Shown: one piece after another, positions 1 to 9,652 of the stretch
How the letters are laid out: every line of letters starts with the position of its first letter
Position numbering within the stretch: the stretch's first letter is position 1
Source of the DNA: an uncultured Oscillospiraceae bacterium
Lineage (GTDB): Bacteria > Bacillota > Clostridia > Oscillospirales > Ruminococcaceae
DNA length: 64,000 bases
Direction of reading: 5' to 3'
Assembly (NCBI GenBank): GCA_905197685.1
Contig: CAJJZS010000001.1
Coordinates: forward strand, 210,973 to 274,972
Notes under the pieces: model-generated
Databases searched by the model: none
Seen by the model: the letters and a program-made list of their open reading frames with translations, nothing else
What the model was told of the DNA's origin: nothing
Position numbers and translations under genes: made by a program

Positions 1-855
1 TTATTGGCATTTTCTAATCCTGATGACGGTGTTTTAATTACAAGACCTGTATATACTCCTTTTACAAAAACAATTCTTTCTACCGGACGCAAGGTAGTAA
101 ACAGTCCATTAAAAAACAATAATGGCTTTTACTCTATTAATTTTGAGGATTTTGAAAAAAAGGCAGCATTACCGGCCACCAAATGTTTTATATTATGCAA
201 TCCGCATAATCCAACAGGTAGAATATGGTCGGATGAAGACCTAACCAGGTTATATGATATTTGTACTAAAAATAATGTATTGGTAATTGCAGATGAAATA
301 CATGGAGATTTGATACGCAAAGACAGTGTATTTCATCCGTTAGGAACATTGGTAGATGAACAAAACTTAATTTCATGTACAGCAGCAAACAAAACATTTA
401 ATCTGGCAGGATTAAAAGCGACGAATGTTGTAATAAAAAATCCTGAACTTAGAGAAAAATATATGAAACAAACAGGAATGATCTTTCTTTCACCGGTTAC
501 AATAGCAGCAACAATAGGTGCATACAATGGAGGTGAAGAATGGTTAGAAGAGTTAAAACAATATTTGGATGATACGCTGGAATGGGTTTTGGGTTTTTGT
601 AAGGAAAATCTTCCAAAGATGAAGTGTGTTCGCCCGGAAGGAACCTATATTTTATGGATGGATTTTCGAGGATACGGCTTATCGGCAGAGGAGATTCGCA
701 AGAAAATTTATGTGGATGCAAATGTTGTCTTAGAAAGCGGAACAATGTTTGACCCGGAAAACGGAGCAGGTTTTGAGAGAATTTGTTTGTCTACTCGTCG
801 AGCGATTGTTCAAGAAGCATTTCAACGAATTGCAAAACAATTTGAAAATTTATAA
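1..855 (+). CDS. Class I/II PLP aminotransferase of the PatB/MalY C-S lyase type; 5' end truncated by the window edge
   Basis: The frame is open from nt 1. The C-terminal aminotransferase fold motifs CNPHNPTGRIW and VIADEIHGDL are present, and the stop is at 853-855. The block is AT-rich, about 33% GC. Confidence 0.75.
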   Translation, partial: LLAFSNPDDGVLITRPVYTPFTKTILSTGRKVVNSPLKNNNGFYSINFEDFEKKAALPATKCFILCNPHNPTGRIWSDEDLTRLYDICTKNNVLVIADEIHGDLIRKDSVFHPLGTLVDEQNLISCTAANKTFNLAGLKATNVVIKNPELREKYMKQTGMIFLSPVTIAATIGAYNGGEEWLEELKQYLDDTLEWVLGFCKENLPKMKCVRPEGTYILWMDFRGYGLSAEEIRKKIYVDANVVLESGTMFDPENGAGFERICLSTRRAIVQEAFQRIAKQFENL

Positions 856-880
856 TGCTTAAAAATAAGAGGCGATACAA

Positions 881-1864
881 ATGATTCCGTACATTGATAT
901 GCATTGTGATACCCTTATGCAAGCATATATACATCAAAAGAAAGACATTTTTGATTTTAAAGAAAGTATGGTCGATATCAAGCGTCTAAAGGAAGGAAAT
1001 TGTAAAGCACAGTTTTTTGCTATATTCATGCCTCCACTTTTTTTAAAAGATAAATTAGGGGAAAAATTTCCGAAAGATGATGAGTATATACGAGATAACT
1101 TGGAAATATTTCATCATTCTATAAAAACAGCTCCGGAATTTTTTGCAGGAACTTCTACTGTAAAAGAATTGGAAGAAAATGATCGTCAAGGGAAAATTTC
1201 AGGAATTTTAACTTTGGAAGATGGAAGAGCGGTAGAAGGGAAGATGGAACGTCTAGAAAAATTTTACAATCAAGGAATTCGTCTGATTTCTTTAACATGG
1301 AATGAAGAAAATTGTTTTGGCAGTCCCAATTCTTTTGAACGTTCTGTTATGGAAAAAGGATTAAGTAATTTTGGAAAAGAAGCAGTAGAGGAAATGAACC
1401 GTTTGGGAATATTAATAGATGTTTCCCATTTATCAGATGCAGGATTCTGGGATACCTTCCAATACACAACGAAACCGTTTGTTGCGTCACATTCTAATTG
1501 CAGAAGTCTGAATCCACATCCGCGCAGTATGAGTGACGAAATGATTCGTGCACTTGCAGAAAAGGGAGGAGTTATAGGAATTAATTTTTCTCCCAAATTT
1601 CTAATTGCAGATTTATCAAATCAAGAGAGCAAGGTAGCATATTTAATTGCACAGATCAAACATATGAAAAAAATAGGAGGTATTGACTGTGTTGCGTTAG
1701 GAAGTGATTTTGATGGAATCAAAGGAACTTTTGAGATAGGAAGTTCGGATAAAATTCCTATTCTATTTCATTCCCTTAAAAAAGAAGGTTTTACAAGTGG
1801 AGAAATAGAGAAAATTGCGCTCCGAAATATACAAAGAGTTGTTCGGGAAGTTTGGAAATCTTAA
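881..1864 (+). CDS. Membrane dipeptidase, peptidase family M19
   Basis: The N-terminus reads MIPYIDMHCDTL, with the HxD metal ligands typical of renal-type dipeptidases. The central region reads DVSHLSD...VASHSNCR. An RBS-like AAGAGG lies about 10 nt upstream. Confidence 0.8.
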   Translation: MIPYIDMHCDTLMQAYIHQKKDIFDFKESMVDIKRLKEGNCKAQFFAIFMPPLFLKDKLGEKFPKDDEYIRDNLEIFHHSIKTAPEFFAGTSTVKELEENDRQGKISGILTLEDGRAVEGKMERLEKFYNQGIRLISLTWNEENCFGSPNSFERSVMEKGLSNFGKEAVEEMNRLGILIDVSHLSDAGFWDTFQYTTKPFVASHSNCRSLNPHPRSMSDEMIRALAEKGGVIGINFSPKFLIADLSNQESKVAYLIAQIKHMKKIGGIDCVALGSDFDGIKGTFEIGSSDKIPILFHSLKKEGFTSGEIEKIALRNIQRVVREVWKS

Positions 1865-1958
1865 TAAAAATTGTGAAACAAAAAAATAAAAAATCCCCTC
1901 CTCCTCATACCTTTTTCTTCTGTTTCATAAAATGATACAGGAAAAAGGGGGGAACAGT

Positions 1959-2813
1959 ATGCTTTCTGTATTGGAATGGGACAATACACGCAGCAGCTTT
2001 CTGCCCAAAATTTGGGAGAAAGAACCGCTTGTTATAGAAGGAAAGCAGGTGCGCCGTTTTGCGGTAAATCGCAGAAGGCAGCTTCCGATGAAAAAACTCC
2101 GATCAGCGTTGGGAAATACTTCCGTTTTACTCGGCGATTCTTTGCAAGGAGAAAAAGAAAGGCTGAGTAAATCGGGAATCTGCCTGTGCAAGGAGGTCAA
2201 TACCGATTTAAGGCAGCAGTGGGGTGTCCGCTGCGCTGTGAAAGTATTGGGAAGTCTTTCTTTTTCCAAGCAGAAAATCGCTTTGATTGACCCGCAGCTG
2301 CGTTGTCGGCAGCTTGCTTTTTATGCACTGATGCGGTTAAATCAAGTGCATCTTTGCACCGAACGGCTTTCTGAAGCAGAACAATTTGCGCAGGAAATGA
2401 TGGAGCAGTACGGCGCGCCGGTTTTCTTTTCACAAAGTTTGGAAGTGCCGGAAGATTGTCCGCTGAGCGTCTGGTTGGGAGAAGAGGAATTTTCGCCCAA
2501 CGGTTTTACCGGAACTGCCGTTTTGCTGCCGAATGAAACAAAACGGCGGGAAAGAACGGAGAAAGAACCAATTTATTTCAGCGACATTTCTCCCAAGCTG
2601 CCCGCAGAGCTTTGTTCTTTGCCGAAAGAGTTTCCGACAGAAAGGCTGCTGCATTATTTATATCTGCGGCAAGGCTGCAAAAATCTTGCCCTTTTGCCCA
2701 CAGAAACCCTTTGGTGCAGTGAGTTTTCCGAAAAAATTACCGTTCAACAGGTAATTTCCCGGCTGTTAGACAGAGAAAAGACAAAGAATTTTAAAAATTT
2801 ACAAAAAATTTGA
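1959..2813 (+). CDS. Hypothetical protein with no recognisable domain
   Basis: This is a 293-aa ORF. The second in-frame ATG at 1959 is preceded by AAAAGGGGGG. Several long ORFs overlap on other frames, so the coding status is uncertain. Confidence 0.4.
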   Translation: MLSVLEWDNTRSSFLPKIWEKEPLVIEGKQVRRFAVNRRRQLPMKKLRSALGNTSVLLGDSLQGEKERLSKSGICLCKEVNTDLRQQWGVRCAVKVLGSLSFSKQKIALIDPQLRCRQLAFYALMRLNQVHLCTERLSEAEQFAQEMMEQYGAPVFFSQSLEVPEDCPLSVWLGEEEFSPNGFTGTAVLLPNETKRRERTEKEPIYFSDISPKLPAELCSLPKEFPTERLLHYLYLRQGCKNLALLPTETLWCSEFSEKITVQQVISRLLDREKTKNFKNLQKI

Positions 2814-2854
2814 ATGTAGCAGAGCAATTTTTAAGAGTTTTGTATGATTTCTGC

Positions 2855-2883
2855 TTGACATTGCGCTTCTCATTGATTATAAT
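2855..2883 (+). promoter_or_regulatory. Sigma-A type promoter upstream of greA
   Basis: TTGACA lies at 2855-2860, followed by a 17-nt spacer and TATAAT at 2878-2883. Confidence 0.5.
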
Positions 2884-2926
2884 ACAACTATCACAAACAA
2901 CACCTGACTGAATCTGATTAAAAGGA

Positions 2927-2958
2927 TGCCGGCTGCAAAAATCCGGCAGTTTTTCTGT
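2927..2958 (+). terminator. Terminator-like hairpin plus U-run inside the greA 5' leader
   Basis: The sequence is TGCCGG-CTGCAAAAAT-CCGGCA followed by GTTTTTCTG. It sits about 100 nt upstream of the greA start. Confidence 0.35.
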
Positions 2959-3058
2959 GAGAATCGGTGTGCGGCTTGTGGCGGTATCGGATACCGAATT
3001 ATTGAAACGGCGGCGCTGTGGAATTTGCCACCTGTTGCCGCTGAGAGGAGTATGCACC

Positions 3059-3532
3059 ATGGCAAATGAAATTATCATGACCAAGGAAGGCTATGACGAC
3101 CTTGTAAAAGAGCTGAATGAACTGAAAACCACCCGCCGCGCGGAAATTTCCGAAAAAATCCGTATTGCCCGCGGTTTCGGCGACCTTTCGGAAAACAGCG
3201 AATATGATGAAGCAAAAAATGAGCAGGCAATCGTAGAAGCGCGCATTGTGCAGCTGGAAAATCAGCTGAAAAATGTAAAGATTGTTGCAAAATCCGAAGC
3301 GAACAAAGGCACTGTATCCATCGGCAGCTTTGTTACCATCCGCGATGTGGAATTCGGAGATGAAATGACCTATCGTATCATCAGCTCGGTAGAATCCAGC
3401 AACGATATGTCCACCATTACCGATGAATCGCCGGTAGGCAAGGCGCTTCTGGGACATCAGGCAGGGGATTCGGTGGTTGTTACCATCCCTTCCGGAGCAA
3501 AGATTGAGTATCAGGTTCTGAAAGTAGAGTAA
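3059..3532 (+). CDS. greA: Transcription elongation factor GreA
   Basis: The N-terminus MANEIIMTKEGYDDLVKELNEL..GDLSENSEYDEAK is the GreA coiled-coil and FKBP-like domain. GAGAGGAG lies 10 nt upstream of the ATG at 3059. Confidence 0.9.
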   Translation: MANEIIMTKEGYDDLVKELNELKTTRRAEISEKIRIARGFGDLSENSEYDEAKNEQAIVEARIVQLENQLKNVKIVAKSEANKGTVSIGSFVTIRDVEFGDEMTYRIISSVESSNDMSTITDESPVGKALLGHQAGDSVVVTIPSGAKIEYQVLKVE

Positions 3533-3616
3533 GAGCTTGAGGAAAAAGGGCATTTTCTCGCTTGTGTTTTGGTATAACTTACCAAATGAAACGGGAAAAT
3601 GCCCTTTATTTTTTTA

Positions 3617-3645
3617 TTGTATTTCGTCGAAAAACAAGGTATAAT
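3617..3645 (+). promoter_or_regulatory. Candidate promoter for lysS
   Basis: TTGTAT lies at 3617-3622, followed by a 17-nt spacer and TATAAT at 3640-3645. Confidence 0.4.
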
Positions 3646-3702
3646 AATACTGTATCTTTTTATTATTTGTAAATTTTCATAACCGAAAGGACGGAAAAAT
3701 AC

Positions 3703-5667
3703 ATGGCAGAAAATATGGAAAAACTGCAATCTCAGCAGAACACCGAGCCCACTGCGGAAGAATTATCCGAAGTGCTGCGTATCCGCCGCGAAAAGTTTGC
3801 CGCATTAAAGGAAGCGGGCAAAAATCCGTTTGAGCAGACACGCTATGACCGCACCGTTTATGCGCAGCAGATTGCAGAACGATTTGAAGAGCTGGAAAAC
3901 AAAGAAGTATCCATCGCAGGACGAATGATGAGCAAGCGCGCGATGGGAAAAGCGTCTTTCTTTGATGTTGCCGACGCTTCCGGCAGAATTCAGGTTTACA
4001 TCAAACGCGACATTGTCGGAGAAGAAACCTATGACCAGTTTAAAAAATGGGACATCGGCGATATTGTCGGCGTAAAGGGCGAAGTATTCCGCACCAAACA
4101 CGGCGAAATCTCCATTCGCGCAACCGAAGCGATTTTGCTGTCAAAATCCCTGCTTCCTCTGCCGGAAAAATTCCACGGTTTAACCAATACCGATTTGAGA
4201 TACCGCCAGAGATATGTTGACCTGATTATGAATCCGGAGGTTCGCGACGTATTTGTAAAGCGTTCCCTGATTATCCGTGAGCTGAGAAACTTCCTTGATT
4301 CCAAAGGTTATCTGGAAGTAGAAACCCCTGTTTTGCACAATATTGCAGGCGGCGCTGCGGCTCGTCCGTTCATCACCCATCACAATACATTGAACATTGA
4401 TATGTATCTGCGTATTGCGCTGGAGCTGCACTTAAAACGACTGATTGTCGGCGGATTTGATAAGGTATACGAAATCGGCAGAGTATTCCGCAACGAGGGT
4501 ATGGACACCAAGCACAATCCGGAATTTACCATGCTCGAATTCTATCAGGCATATTCTAACTATGAAGATGTGATGAACCTTACCGAAGAAATGTTGCGCT
4601 ATGTTACCGAAAAAGTTTTGGGCACAACAAAGGTGGTTTACGGCGGCGAAGAAATCGACCTGGGCAAACCGTTTGCGCGCATCACAATGGTAGAAGCGGT
4701 TAAAAAATATGCAGGCGTAGATTTTGAACAGATTGAAACCTTGGAGCAGGCAAGAGCTGTTGCAAAAGAACATCATATTCAGTACGAAGAAAGACACCTG
4801 AAAGGCGATATTCTCAACCTGTTCTTTGATGAATTTGTAGAGGACAAGCTGATTCAGCCAACCTTCCTGATCGGTCATCCGGTTGAAATTTCTCCGCTTT
4901 CCAAGAGAATGGCAGACAAACCGGATTATACCGAACGCTTTGAGCTGTTTATCACCGGCAGAGAGTTCGCAAACGCTTACTCCGAGCTGAATGACCCGAT
5001 TGACCAGAGAGAACGCTTTGAACATCAGATGGAGCTGAAAGCGCAGGGCGACGAAGAAGCGACCGATATGGATACCGACTTCCTGAATGCTCTGGAATAC
5101 GGCTTACCGCCTACAGGCGGCTTTGGCATGGGTGTAGACCGTCTGGTTATGCTGCTGACAAATCAGCCGTCTATTCGTGACGTTCTGCTCTTCCCGACCA
5201 TGAAACCTCTGGGTGGCAGCGAAACTGTGAAAAAAGCAGAGGCTGCTGTCTGTGAAGCTCCGAAAACAGAAGAAAAACCGGTTGAAAAAATTGATTTTTC
5301 TAAGGTAAAAATCGAACCAATCTTTAAGGAAATGGTTGATTTTGAAACCTTTACAAAATCCGATTTCCGCGCGGTAAAGATTTTGGCTTGTGAAGCTGTT
5401 CCGAAATCCAAAAAGCTGCTGAAATTTACTATGGATGACGGAGAACGCAAAGATCGCGTGATTTTAAGCGGTATTCATGAGTATTACGAACCGGAAGAAC
5501 TGGTTGGCAAAACCTGTATCGCAATCGTAAATCTGCCGCCGAGAAAGATGATGGGCATTGATTCCGAAGGTATGCTGATTTCTGCCGTACATGAAGAAGA
5601 CGGTCACGAAGGCTTAAACCTTTTGATGGTTGATGACAGAATTCCGGCAGGAGCAAAACTGTACTAA
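3703..5667 (+). CDS. lysS: Lysine--tRNA ligase (class II) fused to a C-terminal EMAP/Trbp111-type tRNA-binding domain
   Basis: An OB anticodon-binding domain is followed by the class II core, with motif 2 [20 protein letters not shown] and motif 3 [12 protein letters not shown]. The C-terminal 130 aa carry [37 protein letters not shown], which is typical of the MetRS/CsaA-type tRNA-binding fold. Confidence 0.9.
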   Translation: MAENMEKLQSQQNTEPTAEELSEVLRIRREKFAALKEAGKNPFEQTRYDRTVYAQQIAERFEELENKEVSIAGRMMSKRAMGKASFFDVADASGRIQVYIKRDIVGEETYDQFKKWDIGDIVGVKGEVFRTKHGEISIRATEAILLSKSLLPLPEKFHGLTNTDLRYRQRYVDLIMNPEVRDVFVKRSLIIRELRNFLDSKGYLEVETPVLHNIAGGAAARPFITHHNTLNIDMYLRIALELHLKRLIVGGFDKVYEIGRVFRNEGMDTKHNPEFTMLEFYQAYSNYEDVMNLTEEMLRYVTEKVLGTTKVVYGGEEIDLGKPFARITMVEAVKKYAGVDFEQIETLEQARAVAKEHHIQYEERHLKGDILNLFFDEFVEDKLIQPTFLIGHPVEISPLSKRMADKPDYTERFELFITGREFANAYSELNDPIDQRERFEHQMELKAQGDEEATDMDTDFLNALEYGLPPTGGFGMGVDRLVMLLTNQPSIRDVLLFPTMKPLGGSETVKKAEAAVCEAPKTEEKPVEKIDFSKVKIEPIFKEMVDFETFTKSDFRAVKILACEAVPKSKKLLKFTMDDGERKDRVILSGIHEYYEPEELVGKTCIAIVNLPPRKMMGIDSEGMLISAVHEEDGHEGLNLLMVDDRIPAGAKLY

Positions 5668-5701
5668 AATTCGGAAATGATTTTCAATTAAAAACAGATA
5701 A

Positions 5702-5743
5702 GGGCGTTGTTCCGACAAATTTTCGGGACAGCGTCCTTTTTTA
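5702..5743 (+). terminator. Rho-independent terminator of lysS
   Basis: The stem GGGCGTTGTTCCGACAAA/TTTTCGGGACAGCGTCC includes G-U pairs and is followed by TTTTTT. Confidence 0.6.
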
Positions 5744-5940
5744 TTGCTAAATTGATTTCTAAAAAACACGCAGCAGGGAAACCCGAAAACCTGTATCGTT
5801 TGTATTGACACAGAAAAGGAATTTATTTTATGATAAGAAAAAAGATTGGCAAATGTACTTTGGAAAGAAAAAGAAATAATTTAAAATCAAACCTTGCCGT
5901 AAAATCAGCCGATGTCGGTAAAAATCCCGCTTAACTCCTG

Positions 5941-6374
5941 CCGAAAATCCGAAAAAATAAAAATTTTTCGCAAATGTGTGATTGTTGTATAAACTCATGC
6001 AACTTTTCGGGCAAAACAGGGTATAGGTGAAAAGAAGCTTTCAAAAACTCCTTACGGAAAGCGGACTGAAAAGAATCTGTCAGAATTAAAATTTACCCCG
6101 TTTTCTCTCCGAAATTCCCGAAAAAAATAAAAATTTTTTGCAGATGTGTGATTGTTGTATAAACTCATGCAACTTTTGGGGCAAAACGGGGTATAGGTGA
6201 AAAGAAGCTTTCAAAAACTTCTTACGGAAAGCGGACTGAAAAGAATCTGTCAGAATTAAAATTTACCCCGTTTTCTCTCCGAAATCTCCGAAAAAATAAA
6301 AATTTTTTTGCAAATGTGTGGTTGTTGCATAAACCCGTGCAACTTTTGGGGCAAAACGGGGTATAGGTGAAAGG
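5941..6374. repeat. Tandem direct repeat with a 170-bp unit in 2.5 copies
   Basis: The units are 5941-6110, 6111-6280 and 6281-6374 (truncated) and are more than 90% identical. Each contains an A/T tract plus TG-TATAAA, an 18-codon ATG ORF of the form MCDCCINSCNF[S/W]GKTGYR, and complementary GCAAAACGGGG / CCCCGTTTTC segments. Confidence 0.85.
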
Positions 6375-6492
6375 GGATAATTTTTAAGTTTCAACGATAG
6401 TCTAAGATAAAAGATTGTGCAGGAAAATTTCCCCTTTTTATTGATTTACTAAAATTTACCTTTTGATAAAGAAATACTGCCAAAGGGAAGAT

Positions 6493-6521
6493 TGACTTTT
6501 CAGCGAATATGCAATATAATA
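6493..6521 (+). promoter_or_regulatory. Sigma-A type promoter for secDF
   Basis: TTGACT lies at 6493-6498, followed by a 17-nt spacer and TATAAT at 6516-6521. Confidence 0.5.
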
Positions 6522-6606
6522 TTCGGTATGAATGTCGTCAAACGGCAAAATTACTTTGGGAGAAAACACGGTTTTTCTTTCAAAACAGGAATTGGAGGAT
6601 TGCAGA

Positions 6607-8012
6607 TGAAAAGAGTTGGTAAGCCGGTCTTTTTCGTGGTTGTCGCGATACTGGCGCTCTTCACTTATGCAGCATTTTTTGGTGTCAGCTCAATGTACGG
6701 CGATGTGGAACGTGTGTACATCAAAGGCGCGGAAGATATCCGTTGGGGAATTGATATCCGCGGCGGTGTAGACGTTACTTTCAGTCCTCCGGACGGAGTG
6801 GACGCAACAGACGAAGAACTGGCAGCGGCAGAGTCGGTTATTAAAACAAGACTGCTCAGCCAGAACATCACAGACAGCGAAGTATACACCGATGCAAATA
6901 CGGACAGAATCATTGTTCGTTTTCCGTGGAAATCGGGCGAGCAGGACTTTAATCCGGAAGATGCGATTGAAGAACTCGGAAAAACAGCTCAGCTTGCTTT
7001 CTATAAGGATTTGCCGTTAGACCCGACCACAGGACTGCTCAGTCCGGCTGCGGGCGAACCTGTTTTAACGGGAGCCGATGTGGAAAAGGCAGAATACGGA
7101 ATGTATCAGGACCAGGAAACCGGCATGGCAGAGCCGATCGTTACCCTGACCTTGAAGGAAGAAGCAAGGGAAAAGTGGGAAAAAGCAACCACCGAGCAGC
7201 TCGGAAAACAGATTTCTATCTTTATGGATGATGAACCGATTTCCGCTCCGGTTGTAAATTCCACAATCACCGACGGAAAATGTGTCATTACCGGAAACTT
7301 TACTCCGGAAAGCGCAGTAAAACTGGCAAACCAAATCAACGGCGGCGCGCTTCCGTTTGAACTGGTTACAAAGAACTACAACGCAATCTCTCCGACACTG
7401 GGTATGGGAGCAAAGGACGCGATGGTAAAAGCCGGCGCAGCAGCCTTTTTGATTATCGCTCTCTTTATGATTTTCTATTATCGTCTGCCGGGATTTGTTG
7501 CGACCATCGCTCTGATGGGTCAGCTGGCAGGTACGATTGCGGCAATCACCGGTTTCTTTAAGGTGTTCCCGTCCTTTACTCTGACTGTTCCGGGTATTGC
7601 GGGTATCATCTTGGGATTGGGCTTCGGCGTGGATGCAAACATCATTTCCGCAGAGCGTATTCGTGAGGAAATTCGTACCGGCAAGGGAATCGACGCTTCC
7701 ATTCAGTCCGGATTTAAAAACGCTTTCTCCGCAATTTTTGACAGTAACATCACCGTTGTATTTATTGCGGTTATCTTGATGGGCGTATTCGGACCGAGCG
7801 ACAGCATTTTTGCAATTCCGTTTAATTTCCTGTTCTCCTGGTTGGGATTGGGAACAGCAACCGCAGGCTCGATTTATTCCTTCGGTTACACCTTGTTAGT
7901 CAGCATTATTTTGAACTTTGTTATGGGTGTGATGGCGTCTCGTCTGATGCTGCGCTCTCTTGCAGGATTTAAACCGTTTAGAAAAGCATGGCTCTACGGA
8001 GGTGAAAAATAA
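6607..8012 (+). CDS. secD: Protein translocase subunit SecD
   Basis: The protein has an N-terminal TM segment, a large periplasmic domain and a C-terminal 6-TM bundle. The start MKRVGKPVFFVV is preceded by GGAGGA. It overlaps secF by 1 nt (TAATG). Confidence 0.9.
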
Positions 8013-8935
8013 TGAAGTTGGATATTATCGGAAAAAGAAAATTATTCTTCACAATCTCCATTGTTGCGATGGTTTGTGTTCTGTTGGTTACTGTTTTTAT
8101 CGGTCCGAAACTGGATATTCAGTTTAAAGGCGGCTCGATTGCTACCTATTCTTACACAGGAGAGCTTTCTCCCGATGATTTTGATAAAACGGTAGAATCT
8201 TTCCTGGGACAGGCAGTCACCGTTCAGCAGCAGGAAAACAGCGTCACCGGTCAGATGAGCATGGTAGTCAGCCTGACCTCCGACCAGAACCTGACAACCG
8301 AAAAACAGTCCGCTTTGTTGGAAGAACTGCAAAAGACCTATGCAGATAATGAAGTAGAAGCCTCCGATGTCAACAACGTTGACCCTGTGATGGGTAAAGA
8401 GTTTTTGAAAAAATGTCTGGTAGCGGTTATTTTTGCTTCTGTTATTATGGTTGTTTACATCGGTCTGCGTTTCCGCAAGATTGGCGGCGCTTCCGCAGGT
8501 ATCGTAGCGGTTATTGCGCTGATTCATGATGTTTTGATTGCGTACGGTATTTTTGTGCTGTTGGGCTTTACCATCAATGACAACTTTATTGCGGTTGTAT
8601 TGACTATTTTGGGTTATTCCATCAACGATACCATTGTAATCTACGACCGTATTCGTGAAAACAAACATTACTACGGCAATAAAATGCAGCTGGGCGAGCT
8701 GGTAAACATGAGTATCAACCAGTGCCTGAGAAGAACCGTAACCACCTCTTTAACCACAGTTATGGCGCTGTTGTGTATCTGTGTGGTTGCTGTTTTGATG
8801 AATGTTAATTCGATTCTCAGCTTTGCCGTACCAATGATGGTCGGCGTTATCTCCGGCTTGTATTCTTCTGTATTCCTTTCCGGTTCGATGTGGACCCTGT
8901 GGCAGGAAAAGAAAGCAGCCAAAGCAAAAGCATAA
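8012..8935 (+). CDS. secF: Protein translocase subunit SecF
   Basis: The SecF membrane domain with IHDVLIAYGIFVLLG lies immediately downstream of secD. Confidence 0.9.
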   Translation: MKLDIIGKRKLFFTISIVAMVCVLLVTVFIGPKLDIQFKGGSIATYSYTGELSPDDFDKTVESFLGQAVTVQQQENSVTGQMSMVVSLTSDQNLTTEKQSALLEELQKTYADNEVEASDVNNVDPVMGKEFLKKCLVAVIFASVIMVVYIGLRFRKIGGASAGIVAVIALIHDVLIAYGIFVLLGFTINDNFIAVVLTILGYSINDTIVIYDRIRENKHYYGNKMQLGELVNMSINQCLRRTVTTSLTTVMALLCICVVAVLMNVNSILSFAVPMMVGVISGLYSSVFLSGSMWTLWQEKKAAKAKA

Positions 8936-8947
8936 TTTACAAAAAAC

Positions 8948-8980
8948 AAAGGACGTTCTCGCAAGAGGGCGTCCTTTTGC
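8948..8980 (+). terminator. Rho-independent terminator after secF
   Basis: The sequence is AAAGGACG-loop-CGTCCTTTT. Confidence 0.6.
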
Positions 8981-9021
8981 GATTAAACCTGTTTTGAGGA
9001 AAAAAGGAGGAAAGAACAAAG

Positions 9022-9549
9022 ATGGCGGCAGTCAAAAAAATGTTAGGTCGGGCAGATGCCGATTATATCGTTGCGTTGATGCGTTTGATGGAAACGCAAA
9101 GTAAGAAAACGATTTCTTTGTGGGCAACTTGTTATGCAAAGGAAGTGATGTTACCGATTTATCAAAAGAAAGGCTTGGAAATAAAAGAAATAAAGGCAGC
9201 CTTTGACATGGCAGAGGGGTATTTTAAAAAGGAAAAATCCCTTGCAGAGATGAAATCGGTTTCTAAACAGGTAATAGCGATAGCAAGACAGCAAGATTTG
9301 ACACCGGCAGCGCAGGCGGCAGCTCGGGCAATCAGCGCAGCGTTCAGTTCTTTTTCCACACCGACAAGCGCTTTGGGAATGGTATTTTATGCGGCAGCAT
9401 CCGTCGCTTATGACAGAGAAGGAACAGAGCAAACGCCCCAACGCTACGAAGAGATTGCAGAACAGGAAGCAAAAAATCTTTATCAAAGATTGCAGGAAAT
9501 TGCAGTTGAAGGGGAGAAAAAACCGGCAAAATTAAATTGGAATTGTTAA
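9022..9549 (+). CDS. Hypothetical all-alpha protein of 175 aa
   Basis: The start codon has a good RBS, AAAAAGGAGG. I recognise no catalytic motif. Confidence 0.55.
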   Translation: MAAVKKMLGRADADYIVALMRLMETQSKKTISLWATCYAKEVMLPIYQKKGLEIKEIKAAFDMAEGYFKKEKSLAEMKSVSKQVIAIARQQDLTPAAQAAARAISAAFSSFSTPTSALGMVFYAAASVAYDREGTEQTPQRYEEIAEQEAKNLYQRLQEIAVEGEKKPAKLNWNC

Positions 9550-9652
9550 ATAGGAAAAAGGCTTGATAAATTTTCTGAAAAATCGTATCATTTATTTATA
9601 AGCTAAAAGAAAGACAAACAGCTCTATTTTATTAAAAAACGGAGGTAATGGT

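Noticed and set aside
2999-3553. 184-aa minus-strand ORF
   Set aside because: It is antisense to greA.
3533-3702. Possible T-box leader upstream of lysS
   Set aside because: The spacer is only 170 nt and consists of a terminator hairpin plus a promoter. There is no specifier loop or T-box consensus (AATTAGGGTGGNACCGCG).
4432-5025. 197-aa minus-strand ORF
   Set aside because: It lies inside and antisense to lysS.
5941-6374. CRISPR array
   Set aside because: The unit is 170 bp with no short repeat/spacer alternation, and there are no cas genes.
8042-8668. 208-aa minus-strand ORF
   Set aside because: It is antisense to secF. Its translation is N/Q-rich with no start context.
9022-9549. Polymorphic-toxin immunity protein
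   Set aside because: It is an all-alpha small protein that vaguely resembles Imm-type families. There is no adjacent toxin gene and no motif I can name with confidence, so it is left as hypothetical.
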